Positions 1-11,991 of a DNA stretch of 64,000 nt are shown one piece after another. This DNA is from Auanema rhodensis (lineage: Eukaryota > Animalia > Nematoda). The stretch spans positions 7,254,001 to 7,318,000 of the forward strand of contig OZ059895.1 in the NCBI GenBank assembly GCA_964057225.1, given 5' to 3'. How positions within the stretch are numbered: position 1 is the stretch's first letter; each line of letters begins with the position of its first letter. Position numbers and translations under genes: made by a program. Below the pieces are notes generated by a model. The model saw nothing but the letters and a program-made list of their open reading frames with translations, searched no databases and was not told where the DNA came from.

Positions 1-3000
1 TATATAAATAATTAATTATAAATTATAATATTATATAATATTAACCTTAATATAAGATATTAGCTTATTTATATTTGTATTCAACTCTACAACAGATTTC
101 GACCATTTAGCTGCACTAGAAGCTTCTAATTCTTTAATAATCTTAGTTGTATCTATAGCTCGTTGTTGTAAGATAAGTGAAGATCTATATATTTCTAATC
201 TGAAAACAATGATTGAGATGAATCTTAAAGTAGAAAATTATCAAGTCAAAAGAAAAAAAAGGGGAAATGGAAGTGAGATTCGTGAGAAAAATAACAAAAA
301 AGGACATTTTGTGCAAACATAATTAGAATTGAATTTGAAAATTGTGCAACTATGTAGATGTAGATAATAAAATAAAAATAATTAATTGGCATAGCTGATA
401 AATGAAACAAAAAAAAGATAAAAGGAAGATGAAGTGATTGTTAAAACTAAGAAACATATTATCACAAAGTATATTTAAGAAGAAACAACTTAAAATATCT
501 GTTAATCTTGTTTTTAAATAGTCAAAGAATTAGCAAACGAGTGAAAAAAAAACAACGAAAAACAGAAGTGCTTCGTATCAGCTCAGAGCACTGCTGGTAT
601 AGGTCGTTTGTTTCTCGAATGCTTTTGGGGACCAAATTGAAAAAATATAGCAGCTTGTTCAATAAGAACAAGATAGGAAATAGAATCTTTCTACTATATT
701 ATTTTACTATATATAATATGCTAATATCATATAGTTTTCGTGAAAAAATGAATTATGAATGCATAAACATCAATTGATCTACAAATTAATGAGAAAAAAT
801 GCTTTGTTAAACTTCGAAGATGGCTAGACAAGGAATTTAAATTCAGAAAAGTTTTTCAACTTTTTTTTCATTTGATGAATTAGAAATAAAATCTTAAAAT
901 ATAACAAAGGCTTTGATGGGTGAGTTGACCCTCTTCAGCATTCAAATAATGAAAAGAGACAAGAAAAGAGTTATAGACTCATATAAAAAGAAAAGAGACG
1001 ACTTAGTTTAAGAATCAAAATTAAAACAAACTACTAAGCATTAGAAAAATGCTTTTCATCTTTTCTTGAAAATCGTATAAACAAGCATACCTGGGTTTAT
1101 ACTGTTTTCGAACTAGATATCCTCTCAAAGCAGCTTGAAGTTTTGTTACATATTCCGAACGATATTCAATCTTCTTTTTCACTAAAATATTAAATATAAT
1201 TTCTAATACTAAGATATAAATATGTTATTTGACATGTTCTTTTGGCTCATTTCTCATAATAAGTCAAATTCAGAGCAATTACCACGAGCTATTATTTAGA
1301 TTTTTCTACAAGCTGCCAGATCTATGTCACAAAAAAAATGGCAATTTGTCATTCTTTACATTAAAACTATTTCCTATTCTGGCGATGTCTTAGGTTGTTT
1401 CAGAACTGGCAAAAGCCAAAAAGAGGATGAGTTTAAGGGAACTCGATCACGAAAAAAAAATGCAAAATAGGTATTTGTAAGTATGATACATACGTATATG
1501 ATATAGTTAATATTTAAATTTGAACTTACATTTGATAACCATCCAACTACCATATTGTACCTTATGCCATCGACTACGTATAAGCCATGTACGTACTTGA
1601 CCAATTAGATATTTCATATGTTCAGGATCTTGCTTCATTAACTATACATATAATTATTAAAAAAATATTAAAATGAAATATAATACTTGATCGAATTCAG
1701 CAAATTTTCCTGAACGGAAAAACACCTTTGTTAATCCGAAACATGAGTCCGTTTCACTCATGCCCAAAGCACGAAACAAGCACTGTAAGAAAAGTGAAAA
1801 TAATTATTAAAATATTCAAAAATTAAATCCCACTTTACAGAATAGTCGTGGATGTAAAAGAGCTAAATCTTTAGGTAATAGAGACTTATACATTTCATAA
1901 AGCTCGTTGAATGATGTTCTAAAAATGTTTTTAATATAGATTAATTATATTAATTATTATATACCTATTTGGATATCCTTTCTGCATTAATTTTAGTACA
2001 GATGCCATCCCTGCGCATCTCAGCTGGTCTAATATAGCAGTGCTATCAAAATTATTTGGCTTCATAAGACTGTTAGGCTTGAGACAACGAATAAAGTGTG
2101 TTCCCTAATTATATATATAATTAAAATAATTAAAATAATAATATAAATATACTGTGCTTCTCAATTTATCTAATAGTATATTCAGTTGTGCACGGAATTT
2201 GCTACACACGCTCACGCCTTGTAGTTTTTTTGTTGTACGTTGAGGTAATTCAATGCTATTCGTCTCAAACAGTTTACAAATAAATTTAAAACTATAAGTA
2301 TATAATATTAATATAATATAATTTGTTATATAATAACTATACCTGCTTTCTTCAATTAAAAATTGAAGTGAATGATGAAGTTGATCATTATTTTTTTCTA
2401 AAAATTGTTGAGTATGATAGCATACAGAACCAGCATAATGTCTGATTAGAAATCCATCATCATCTCTCATTTCTCGATGATTGCGCAGACGAGATTTTCG
2501 AGCCATCTAGACATATATATATATAGTTTATTATAATAATTATCATAAAATATATGGTTACTAACCTCAATATGAAAATGATTCTTGTTTGCAGCTAAAG
2601 CTTGCTGCGTATAATGCTGTGGAGATGATCGAGGTAGCCGAGCTTCTTCATCCATAAGATCAAGCAAACCAGTTGATTTACGCTCAAACAAATCTACAAA
2701 TTGTATCTATTGTATTAAAATTTATATTCACGTACCTATACAGTCCTGATTATCATAAAATTCGATGCGTGGCACTTGAACACCTTCAGATTCATAAAGC
2801 TGTTGTTCTTGTTTCAAAATTCGTTCATTAAAGAAGTTTTGAAGTTTTTCATTACAGTAATTGATGCAAAACTGTTCAAATGAATTAATTGCAAAGAATT
2901 CTGTAATATAGCTAATTGTATATAACTATACATAACTATATATATATAATTAATAGACTACTTACCAAAACCCGCAATATCCAATACTCCAATGTAAAAA

Positions 3001-4949
3001 TGACTTCCATTTACACTACCATCGTCAGTATTGTTAATACAACTATTAATACGAGCAACAAGATAATCAAATAGCTTGCTGTAAATTGCTTTTGCTAAAG
3101 CATCTCGTGCAGATGCTGCTTCATGAGGTTTCAAAGGTACACTAAACATTAATTATTCAATCACTATTCCATAGATTTCTTTATTTATACCGTATAATAG
3201 TTCCTAGTACACCTCCACCTTTAGTTGCCTGCATAATTCGAGTAGTTAAGCCCATTCGAAACTCATTATGCTCTACGCCTAACAATTCCGAAGCATATTT
3301 TAGTGATAATTCTGTAGTTGGATCTAATGTGCTACCACCTTAACTATTATTATATTTAAATTATAATAATAATATAAATACCACGACTATCTGTTTCACT
3401 ATCAATAAATGATATATTTCCTAAATGTAAAACACCAGCTACAGTTTTCCATATATTCAAAATTTCTGTTTGATCCATTCCAATATTCTTTAAAGCATTA
3501 ACAAGATATTCAAAATCACGACGATCTTCAACTATTGGATCAGATAATGAATCCTAATATAATCAATTATTATAAAAAAAAATTATTTTGACAATGATAA
3601 CCTTATTTGATTTTCTTGCAGGATCAATAGTATCTTTTCCAGCAAAGAAGCTTGTTATCCCATGTTTCAAATACTAAATTATACTATATGTATATCATCA
3701 TGTTATAGATAATGTTTCTCTTACATTGAAATGCTTAACAGGAGCTAAGTGAAGTTTTTTGTATGTTTCTGAATCTAATCCCGCAATCATTTCATAGAAT
3801 ATATGGTAAGATCTTTCGCCTTCTGATTGCTTACAGACTCTTGACTTTTCAAGTAAATAATGTGACACAAATCCTCCCGCTACACGACCCTAAAATAATC
3901 AAATATCTATAACTGTACTGTAAAATATAATATTTACTTTGGAATCAAAATGAATTTCCACAAATTTTCCGAATCGACTGGAATTATTATTACGAGTTGT
4001 CTTCGAGTTACCAAATGCTTCCAAGATAGGATTAGCTACAATCGGCCGAATCAGTATTTTAAAACAGTGAAAACACCAACTTTCTTTAATTTTTCGACGA
4101 ATAAGATCAGCTTCTTCTCCCCAATTAGCACACAAATATTTCAGAATTGCTTTCTGTGATTCTGTTTTTCCCGCTCCACTTTCTCCAGACACAACAATAG
4201 ATTGTGACCATCTATTTCTCATCATATCACGATAAGCTTTATCAGCTAAATCATCATAGTTAGCCATTTGCAAAGCATTCATTAGAACAAACCAATAGCG
4301 TATACATGTGGAGGACGTTGCCCAATACTTTTACCACGATAATCTCTCATTGTTTCATGGCTGTATAATTGAGGAATTTGTTCATAAGGATTAATTGACA
4401 ATAATATGTTAGCTACATAACTCTAAATATTATTTTTTAAGTAAATTATAATAATTATTTTATTTAAATCTTACATATATTTGTTTTTTAGAATAACGAA
4501 GTTTACAATTATGTAATAGAGTGCCTTCATTTAGATACATTAATGAACCTTAAAAATAAGAAAATTGAATTACTATTTTTCTCTTTATACGAGTCTAGAG
4601 TACTTTCTTCTTGACCCCCAGCCTTCTTAAGCTTATAATACTGTTTCTCACTATATATAGTTGAGATCAAGCACATATATCACACAATTATATATAAAAC
4701 TTACAATTATCTTCGACTGTTTTAGTTTCATCTTCTTCAGCTAAAAATACTTCATCATATCTGGCTACAACCTAAGAAAAAACAAAAAATATGTTAAGGG
4801 AATTAATTATTTTATGCCTTTTTCGGATGTTTCTTATCGCGAATTGAGATTGTCATGCCATTAGTAGATATATCAGTTAATGTTCCAAGAGCATACCCTT
4901 GCTCTGCATCAGCAACCCATACTAATTTTCCAAAATCCTTTTCATCCAT
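1..4949 (-). CDS. Unconventional myosin class VI (SPE-15/HUM-8-like), multi-exon; 3' part lies outside the window
   Basis: ATG at 4949 ([19 protein letters not shown]). P-loop GESGAGKTE, switch [10 protein letters not shown] and switch II DIAGFE are present, plus myosin VI-type segments [25 protein letters not shown] and [27 protein letters not shown]. The last visible exon (~45-200) ends at a GT donor. Confidence 0.93.
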
Positions 4950-6988
4950 TTGGTTACAGTGAATCTACAAAAACGTTTATTCATATTACAAATAATGAAA
5001 TAATATATGCAAAGATTTTACAAAAAACTAACCGGTTAGTACAAAATTTAGTATAAAATAAGAATTTTAAATGACACGTGTGTTACGTGAAAGATAAAAA
5101 TGTTAATTTATGAGCTATGCAAGGAAATTTGAATGATGTCAACTAATTGATAGCAAGTGAGCTTGAGTTTGTGTGTTTTAAAGATAATTTGAGACCGGCA
5201 ACGTTCAATCAATTTTTGGTTTTAAAAAAATTGTCCTTGAGAAGAACGAAATACATAAATGTTCCAATGAACTTAATACTGAGGAATTAACAACGATGTT
5301 GTGCTGGAAATGGAACCAAACAATGTAAAAGACAAGGATATTTAGTATACAAGCCATTCTGTCATGAATTTTGAACGACTATAGCTAAAATAGTGTAGTG
5401 AAATGGTAAAACCAATTCCTTTAATTATTAGCAAACAATACGAATTTTTGAGAAGAAAGCTAAACTGAATAGGAAAAGATTGCATATATCAAATAACAGC
5501 CTTGGCAATAGTGGCACTATAGTTGTCAATATTAACTTAATATATATATGAATAAGCAAAGAAAAACCTAAAAGAAAGATGTTTGTTTTAGTTTTATATT
5601 CAAATGTTTCTTTAAGAATATAATAGATTATTTAGTTTTTTTTTCCATATATAAACAAAGATATATGTTAAATTAATCCTTTAAAAAATAAGCAGATTCC
5701 ATAAACATGCAAAAGAATGTGCAGAGTATTTATTGATTGAAGCTAGAAGAACATAGTCATTCTATTCCAGTTGACAAAACCTCTGTATTTGAAATATTAT
5801 AATCTAAAGTTGTAAACTGAAAAAGTGACTATGAATTCAAATGATGTTATAGAAATAGTTTTTAAAAAGAAATAATACTAAAATATGATATCATCGACGT
5901 TATTAAGCAGTAATTCAGTCAATACTTTTTCTAAAAACTTACTGAAATAGTTGTATTTGATTCAATCAAACAGCTTATGTCACTTAGATACCTGTTTCAA
6001 GACCTACAATAGATGATAAAATGAAAAAAAAGAAACAACTTTCAAACCTTTTCTATGGTAACAAGCGGATAATTTGAGAGAATTGTAAAAGCAGAAATAT
6101 AAAAGTACCACTGACACTACCATCATGAAGAAAAGTGAAGGACTATAAAAGAAAATTGAGTAAATATACCCTAGCTATTAGTTAAACATTGAATACAAAA
6201 GAGTACTGAATCAAACATATTTATATAAATATATATTGATAATCAAGAAATACTTACATATAAACAAAACTAGAAATATACAAATTTAAAAATAAAATAA
6301 AAACATATACGTATAATTAGTTAAAATTCTAATCAAATTATTTTATTTGTGAAATTGAATGTAAACCAATGTTTATTCGCATATAATATTGTAAATTGTT
6401 CTTCTATTATGAGCAAGAAATTTCAAAGTTTATAAAAGTACAGCATAGTAATGAGATTAACTATACATTTTGAAAATGAAATATAAATCTCTTTTGTTTT
6501 TTATTGGATATATCGTGAAACATTAGTATCTGTTAAATAATAATTTAATATAGTCTTATGAATTAAATAGATGAAATACTGTTTTCATTGTTTCAATATT
6601 CCCCTTTGCACCCTTCCCCCCCCCCCCCATATATTCTTCTTACAATATATATAATATATCAATAACTTTATTCAACTTTGATTTATATTTGTTTATAATA
6701 TGAATTTCCATCATTAGTCTAAGTTTTTCATGATAATTTTACATTGTTGTCACAATAGTTTTCCAAATAAAAGATAATTCGAGAATAAAATAATGATCAG
6801 GGATCACATAATTACTTTATTAAATGATTAATACTAAACTGAGATCAATGGAAGTACGATCAAACGTAGAATGAATTGTAGAGATTATATCGACCGGCTA
6901 TGGATAAGCCTGTCAAAAACCTCAATTTGTACATTTGTATCATAGAAAACTTTCAAACCTTGCCGCAGTAACACCTTTTTCTCCAACA

Positions 6989-7913
6989 ATGAGGTTTTTA
7001 TATTTATTATTTTCTTTTCTTTACTTTAATTTTTTCAAAATAACTAGTAGTAGTAAAGGAAAATATTTGAAAATATGAGAATGAAAGACTTGACTCCTAA
7101 ATTATTTCTTTTCAGATCATGTACAGCTTTTATATTTCTTGCCTCAATCTCTTGCGCAATAAATGTTGTACTTTCTTTGAATGTCGACGCTTTTAATCGC
7201 ATTTTTAACAGTACATCACTTACAACAACCCAAATCGAAGAGGTATAACAAGTTATTCTTCTATAGTTGTCACTTTATTTAAAAAAAGAATTTAATCTAT
7301 AATTTATAGTTGAATTTAGATGGCTCACATCTATAATGCAAAGGTTAAAGTAGGGACTGTTAAAAAATCCGTACTTGAATACATAGATAAGCAGAATCTT
7401 AAAAAAAAAGATGCAGTAAGAAGAATTAATAGAATACTATAATAAATTGAATATATGGTTAAGAAAGAGGTCAAGAAACTATTTAATGACATGTGGTCAG
7501 ATGAAGTATTTCTTCGCAAATTGTCCAATGAATCTTTCAAAAACATTGAAGACCTTATAAACAATGATCTTAAAATAAAGGTTAGAAAGACATTAAAGTT
7601 CGATTTCTTTTTAATTCTCTCAAACTCTTATTTTTAGATTGCTTCTAGAAGAAAACAGGCTGACGAACAGTATTCTGGAGATTTTGCTAAGGCTCAGCTG
7701 GATGTTGTACGCTTTATCGTAAATGAGGTTGAAATAAAATGAAGTTTAAATGAAAATTATGAATTTTAGACGCCTGCCGAGAAAAAATCTCAAGTGGAAA
7801 AAGAACTTAATAGACCACTGACGCAAATAAATACAAAAGAAAAACGGAAGCATCTTGTACAAGCTATTGGTCGATTTCAAGTCGATGATAAGGCGACGAC
7901 GACGTCAAAATAG
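6989..7913 (+). CDS. Small secreted helical protein, possibly SXP/RAL-2 (DUF148)-like
   Basis: Micro-exon ATGAG|gt at 6989 splices to ttcag|ATCATGT, giving the signal-peptide-like MRSCTAFIFLASISCAINVVLS. Later exons join in frame (TTTQIEE|MAHIYNAK...KDA|KEVKKLFNDMW...|IASRRK...|TPAEKK...TTSK*). The family call rests on resemblance only. Confidence 0.7.
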
Positions 7914-9258
7914 ATATGAAACACAACATTCTGATTTTACAACTATCTATTGTTTTGTGATAAAGATCACTTATTTGAAATCATTTTGGTTCTTAATTTG
8001 AATTTGAACAAGCAGTAATTCTTATATACTTGAGTTCAATACATTATTGCTTGTTTGAATGTCATAGCTGCTAGCTTAATTACTGCTATGTCGTGGTCAA
8101 TGTTTTGTTTTTCTTCAACAAGCAAGGTGAGACAATGAACAACTTGAATGAAAACAGACAAACATCATGATAAGTGCTAATAATACTGTTGTTATTTCTT
8201 CAATAAAGAATTGAAGTAATGGTCAAAAAAAAATTTAAAAAAACTCATAAAAACAATCTCGAATGGAATGAAATGATGTCGACATTAGCTTCGTTGTTAT
8301 GATGCTGATGTTGACAGTCATGTCAATGACTTAGATGAGAGTTGATGATATCACATTTTTCTATTATTATTCTGTCCTATAACATCAGGACAGATATACT
8401 TTGATCAGGCTGTAGTTTTGATATGATATCATTAATGTCCATTCTCGGATGTGTCTGAACTTTGATAATTTCTGAACCAACACAAAAAATAATTCGAAAG
8501 AGAACAGCATAGCTACACGTGGTATGTTGTTCTAGTTTGTCGTTTTTACAACAACATTTCGTTCATTAAAGGGGCTAATAGCGTCAAGTTTATACCATTA
8601 TGAAAAGTACTTCAAATTTTATTAAATGTTCAAGGACTTAGGACAAACATTTATAGAAGTCATGTTAGAAGGTAACAAAGTCTGTGACAGTAAGAAACCA
8701 GAATGCCATGATACTCCATTCTCTGTCTGTGACCGTCCTCACACAATTTTCAACTCTTTGTATCATATGAAAATATGATGGGTGCCTGGAAGTTCTCAAA
8801 ATATTTACGTTAAAAGTGAATCTGATAGTTCTTCTTAAAAGCAATAAATGAACTAAACAAGATCAGCCATCTATCGTCCCTAAAAGGTTAGCAAAGCGTG
8901 TTTTGGCCAACTCATGAGCTGATGGTCTACAAAGTCGTCGACAACGCTAGCGTTTCCATACCTCCCCCCCCCCCACACCATCATCATCTTCAGCCAGCCC
9001 CTCAGGTGATACTACGAACGCTAATATCAACTAACCGGTTCTTCTGTTGGCGCTTGTTATTTAAAAGAGCTACTAAGTTGGAAAATACACTCTCTGTCCG
9101 AACAGCGTTCGCTTGACTAGAGAAACTATAAGTTAAGTTAAGTTAAGTTAACCTAACACCCCTCAATATTTCTTCTTTTTTTTTCGAAATGTATGATTGT
9201 GCCTTTCTATATTCTTAATAAGTTTTCATACAATATCAAATACCTTACTGTTTAAGAT

Positions 9259-10143
9259 ATGCTGTTACTCTTTGTTGTTTGCACTAGCCTTGTCAGCTTT
9301 ACCATGGGGCAAATGGTCCCACACTGTACCTGCTCACAAGTTTCCCCATGTGAGAATGGAGCCAAGAGTAATATTATGCAATGTGCAGATCAATGTCAAG
9401 TATGTATAGCTCCTATATTAACTCTATTATGAATCTTTTTACAGAAGCACGTGTCCGACTTGGGAGCCAGCTATCCTGCAATGCGATCATGTCTTCTTGC
9501 CAAAGAGCCTATGTTGCAGTCCGTCATCAATTGTGAGAAGAACCAACTCAAGGGAGCGTGAGTTAACATCCAGCTTGCATGTTATATAAAAAAACATTTA
9601 GTTGTGCTGCTGGACCTGGCGGACAAGTACCAAAAAGATACCCAGAAACCTTGAAAATGGCAGCTTACACTGAAATAAACAGCATGCTTGCTCGTTCTGG
9701 TAACTTTTCATTTTTTTTATTTGTAATTTAAAATAAAATTTCAGGTATCCAGGCAGAAGCTAAAGCTTTCTTGGCTGCTGGTAAGAAGTTGGCTAGTTGT
9801 GTAATGAAGTGTATGCAACGCGGAACAGGACAATGCTTTAAGAAACTAGGGTAAGTGAAGTAGCCCAACAATTTTAATTTATAAACTAAAATACACAAAC
9901 TTTATTTTTTTTAATTGTAGATGTGGACTTGCTCTACCACCAGACAATGTCATAGTTCAATCTACAAAGACCTGTGCTATCCAGTCCGGATTTAATACTG
10001 GAGCTGTACAACAGTTATGCAATTGCGTCGCTAACGCTGGTGTTAGGTAAGAAACTACAACCACTACTATTACCGTACAACATCTAACTCTTTCTAATTT
10101 AAGAAATCTTGCCCCACTCTGCAACCGCATCCAGATCTCATAA
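9259..10143 (+). CDS. Secreted cysteine-rich nematode-type protein, uncharacterised
   Basis: Six exons with GT-AG introns give MLLLFVVCTSLVSFTMGQMVPHCTCSQVSPC...CADQCQ|KHV...VPKRYPETLKMAAYTEINSMLARSG...|CGLALPPDNVIVQSTKTCAIQSG...LCNRIQIS*. Signal peptide and many paired Cys. Confidence 0.85.
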
Positions 10144-10442
10144 ATTGATGACAACGACGTCCTACAACTTTTGTAAATATGACATATTTTGTAAAAATAT
10201 CTGTCTTTTCATTTTCATTGAGAGTGTTACAAATAATTTCTCATTAAATATAAGCATAATAAAAAAATTATTTCATGGTATTTCAATTTCAACAACAGTA
10301 ACAATAACAACGATGAGTAACTTATAGTTCAAGTACAGCGTTCAATTCACTAACATTATGGCAGTTGTGATCACAGTAATACCTAGCTCGATAATAAGAA
10401 ATCATGAGAACAACTGACCGTTATGACACAATCAAGTCAAAC

Positions 10443-11539
10443 TCAACCAAAAATCATTTTCATAACCTCTTCATCATCGGCCTTAGGCTTCTCTTTCTTG
10501 AACTTTTGTTTCACAGACTTAATATTCTTCTTTTGGCTCACTTGGCGTTTGAATTTTTCCCATTTACCTCCCTGTTTTAAGACCTGAAAACAAGGTTAAC
10601 TACCTATTTCTAATACTTCAAAAACCTTCTCCTCAAGTTTTCTCAGTCTTTCTCCTTTTTCAACTTGCTCTTCAAAGGCAGCAGCAATACGACGAGCTTG
10701 TTGAACCTAAATTATAAACAGAATACAGTACATGTAAAAGAAAAAAATTGAATTGAATTTTATATATTACCTCAACTTGCATTCTTTTGTCTCCAATAGC
10801 TTTTTCATAATTAAGCTGTTCTACAAGATGATACCATTTAAACCTTTAACATAGCAAATATATAAACATTAAAGAATTCATTACAACTAACCCGCTTAAA
10901 TATTTGACATTCCATAATACTGAACTGACATAATCTCGTTTTTTTCCACCCACAGGAGTAGCATTAATCGAATCGGCAATCCGTTTGGCTAACTTTTTTC
11001 TTTTTATCTCTAGCCATCCTTCAAGAAAACGAGTTTCATATGAAGTACTTTTCTTATTTTTCTACATAAAAAATTACTTTACTTTGAAAAATATATTCCG
11101 CTTACCGCTAAAAACACACGACCAATCATGCCTGGTGCAATTTTTTCAAAATATTCTTTAAATCTGACAGGGTTAAACTTTGGGGGAATGCTAGAGAAAT
11201 ACAGTACCTAAAGAACAAGAAGCTCAATAAATTAGAAGTTTAAAACTCACAGCTGTTTTTTTCAACGTTTTTTCTTTTTCGTCTTCATTTAGAGGTTCTT
11301 CTTCATCCTCTTGTTCTTCATTAAACTCATAAACTGAATCATCATTATCACCTTCTAACTCTTCTCCTTCTTCAATGTCACTGGCTTCGTGTTCTAAAAG
11401 CATCTTAATGAAACTCCGGACATACACAGTTGTAAATACCTTCATTTTCAGCTACACTTTCAGTCTCTACTTCTTCAACAGGAGTTTCCTCCTTCTTCTT
11501 TATATTTGCCTTTTTAGTCTTTTTGATTTTCTTAGCCAT
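10443..11539 (-). CDS. ABT1: Activator of basal transcription 1 / Esf2 pre-rRNA processing factor (ABT1 family)
   Basis: Basic/acidic N-terminus, then LYFSSIPPKFNP...IGRVFL...FLEGWLE...KRIADSINATPVGGKK...WNVKYLSGFKWYHLVEQL, which are ABT1/Esf2 motifs. Confidence 0.9.
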
Positions 11540-11991
11540 TCTTGACAATAAAATATAGTAAAATTAGCGTATATGAAAAATAAATACACGAGCTACCGTT
11601 ACTCAAGTGGAAAAAAATTTGTTTAAAAAAATATTTAATATCACAGCCAAATATGGAATCGCTTATGGAATCATTTATAAACAATAACTTTCTGAATACT
11701 CAAATGATTCTAATGTATTTCAATGAAAAAGTCAGTACGTATTGCGTATGGCCCGACTTGAGAAAGAGATGAAATTAAAAGAAATTATTTAAAAATATAA
11801 TTTTATTCTTTGAAATATATTGAATAGGCGTAAATATAAAGTTAACATTGCGTATTGAACTCTCCTTTTCAATCTGACGGAATGTTGCGAGCGCGAATTT
11901 TGCGGACTATCTTATTTTTCTAATTAAAAACTACTTGGTATGTATGACTTAAAAACAAAAAAAATAAGTACAAACACTTAGATAAAAACAG

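Noticed and set aside
5195-5225. Sm-site-like AATTTTTGG, suggesting an SL RNA or snRNA
   Set aside because: No spliced-leader sequence upstream and no 3' stem-loop.
6601-6628. Poly-C/G tracts (also 8961-8974) and the (AAGTT)4 microsatellite at 9130-9150
   Set aside because: Short simple repeats with no further structure; possible G4 potential only.
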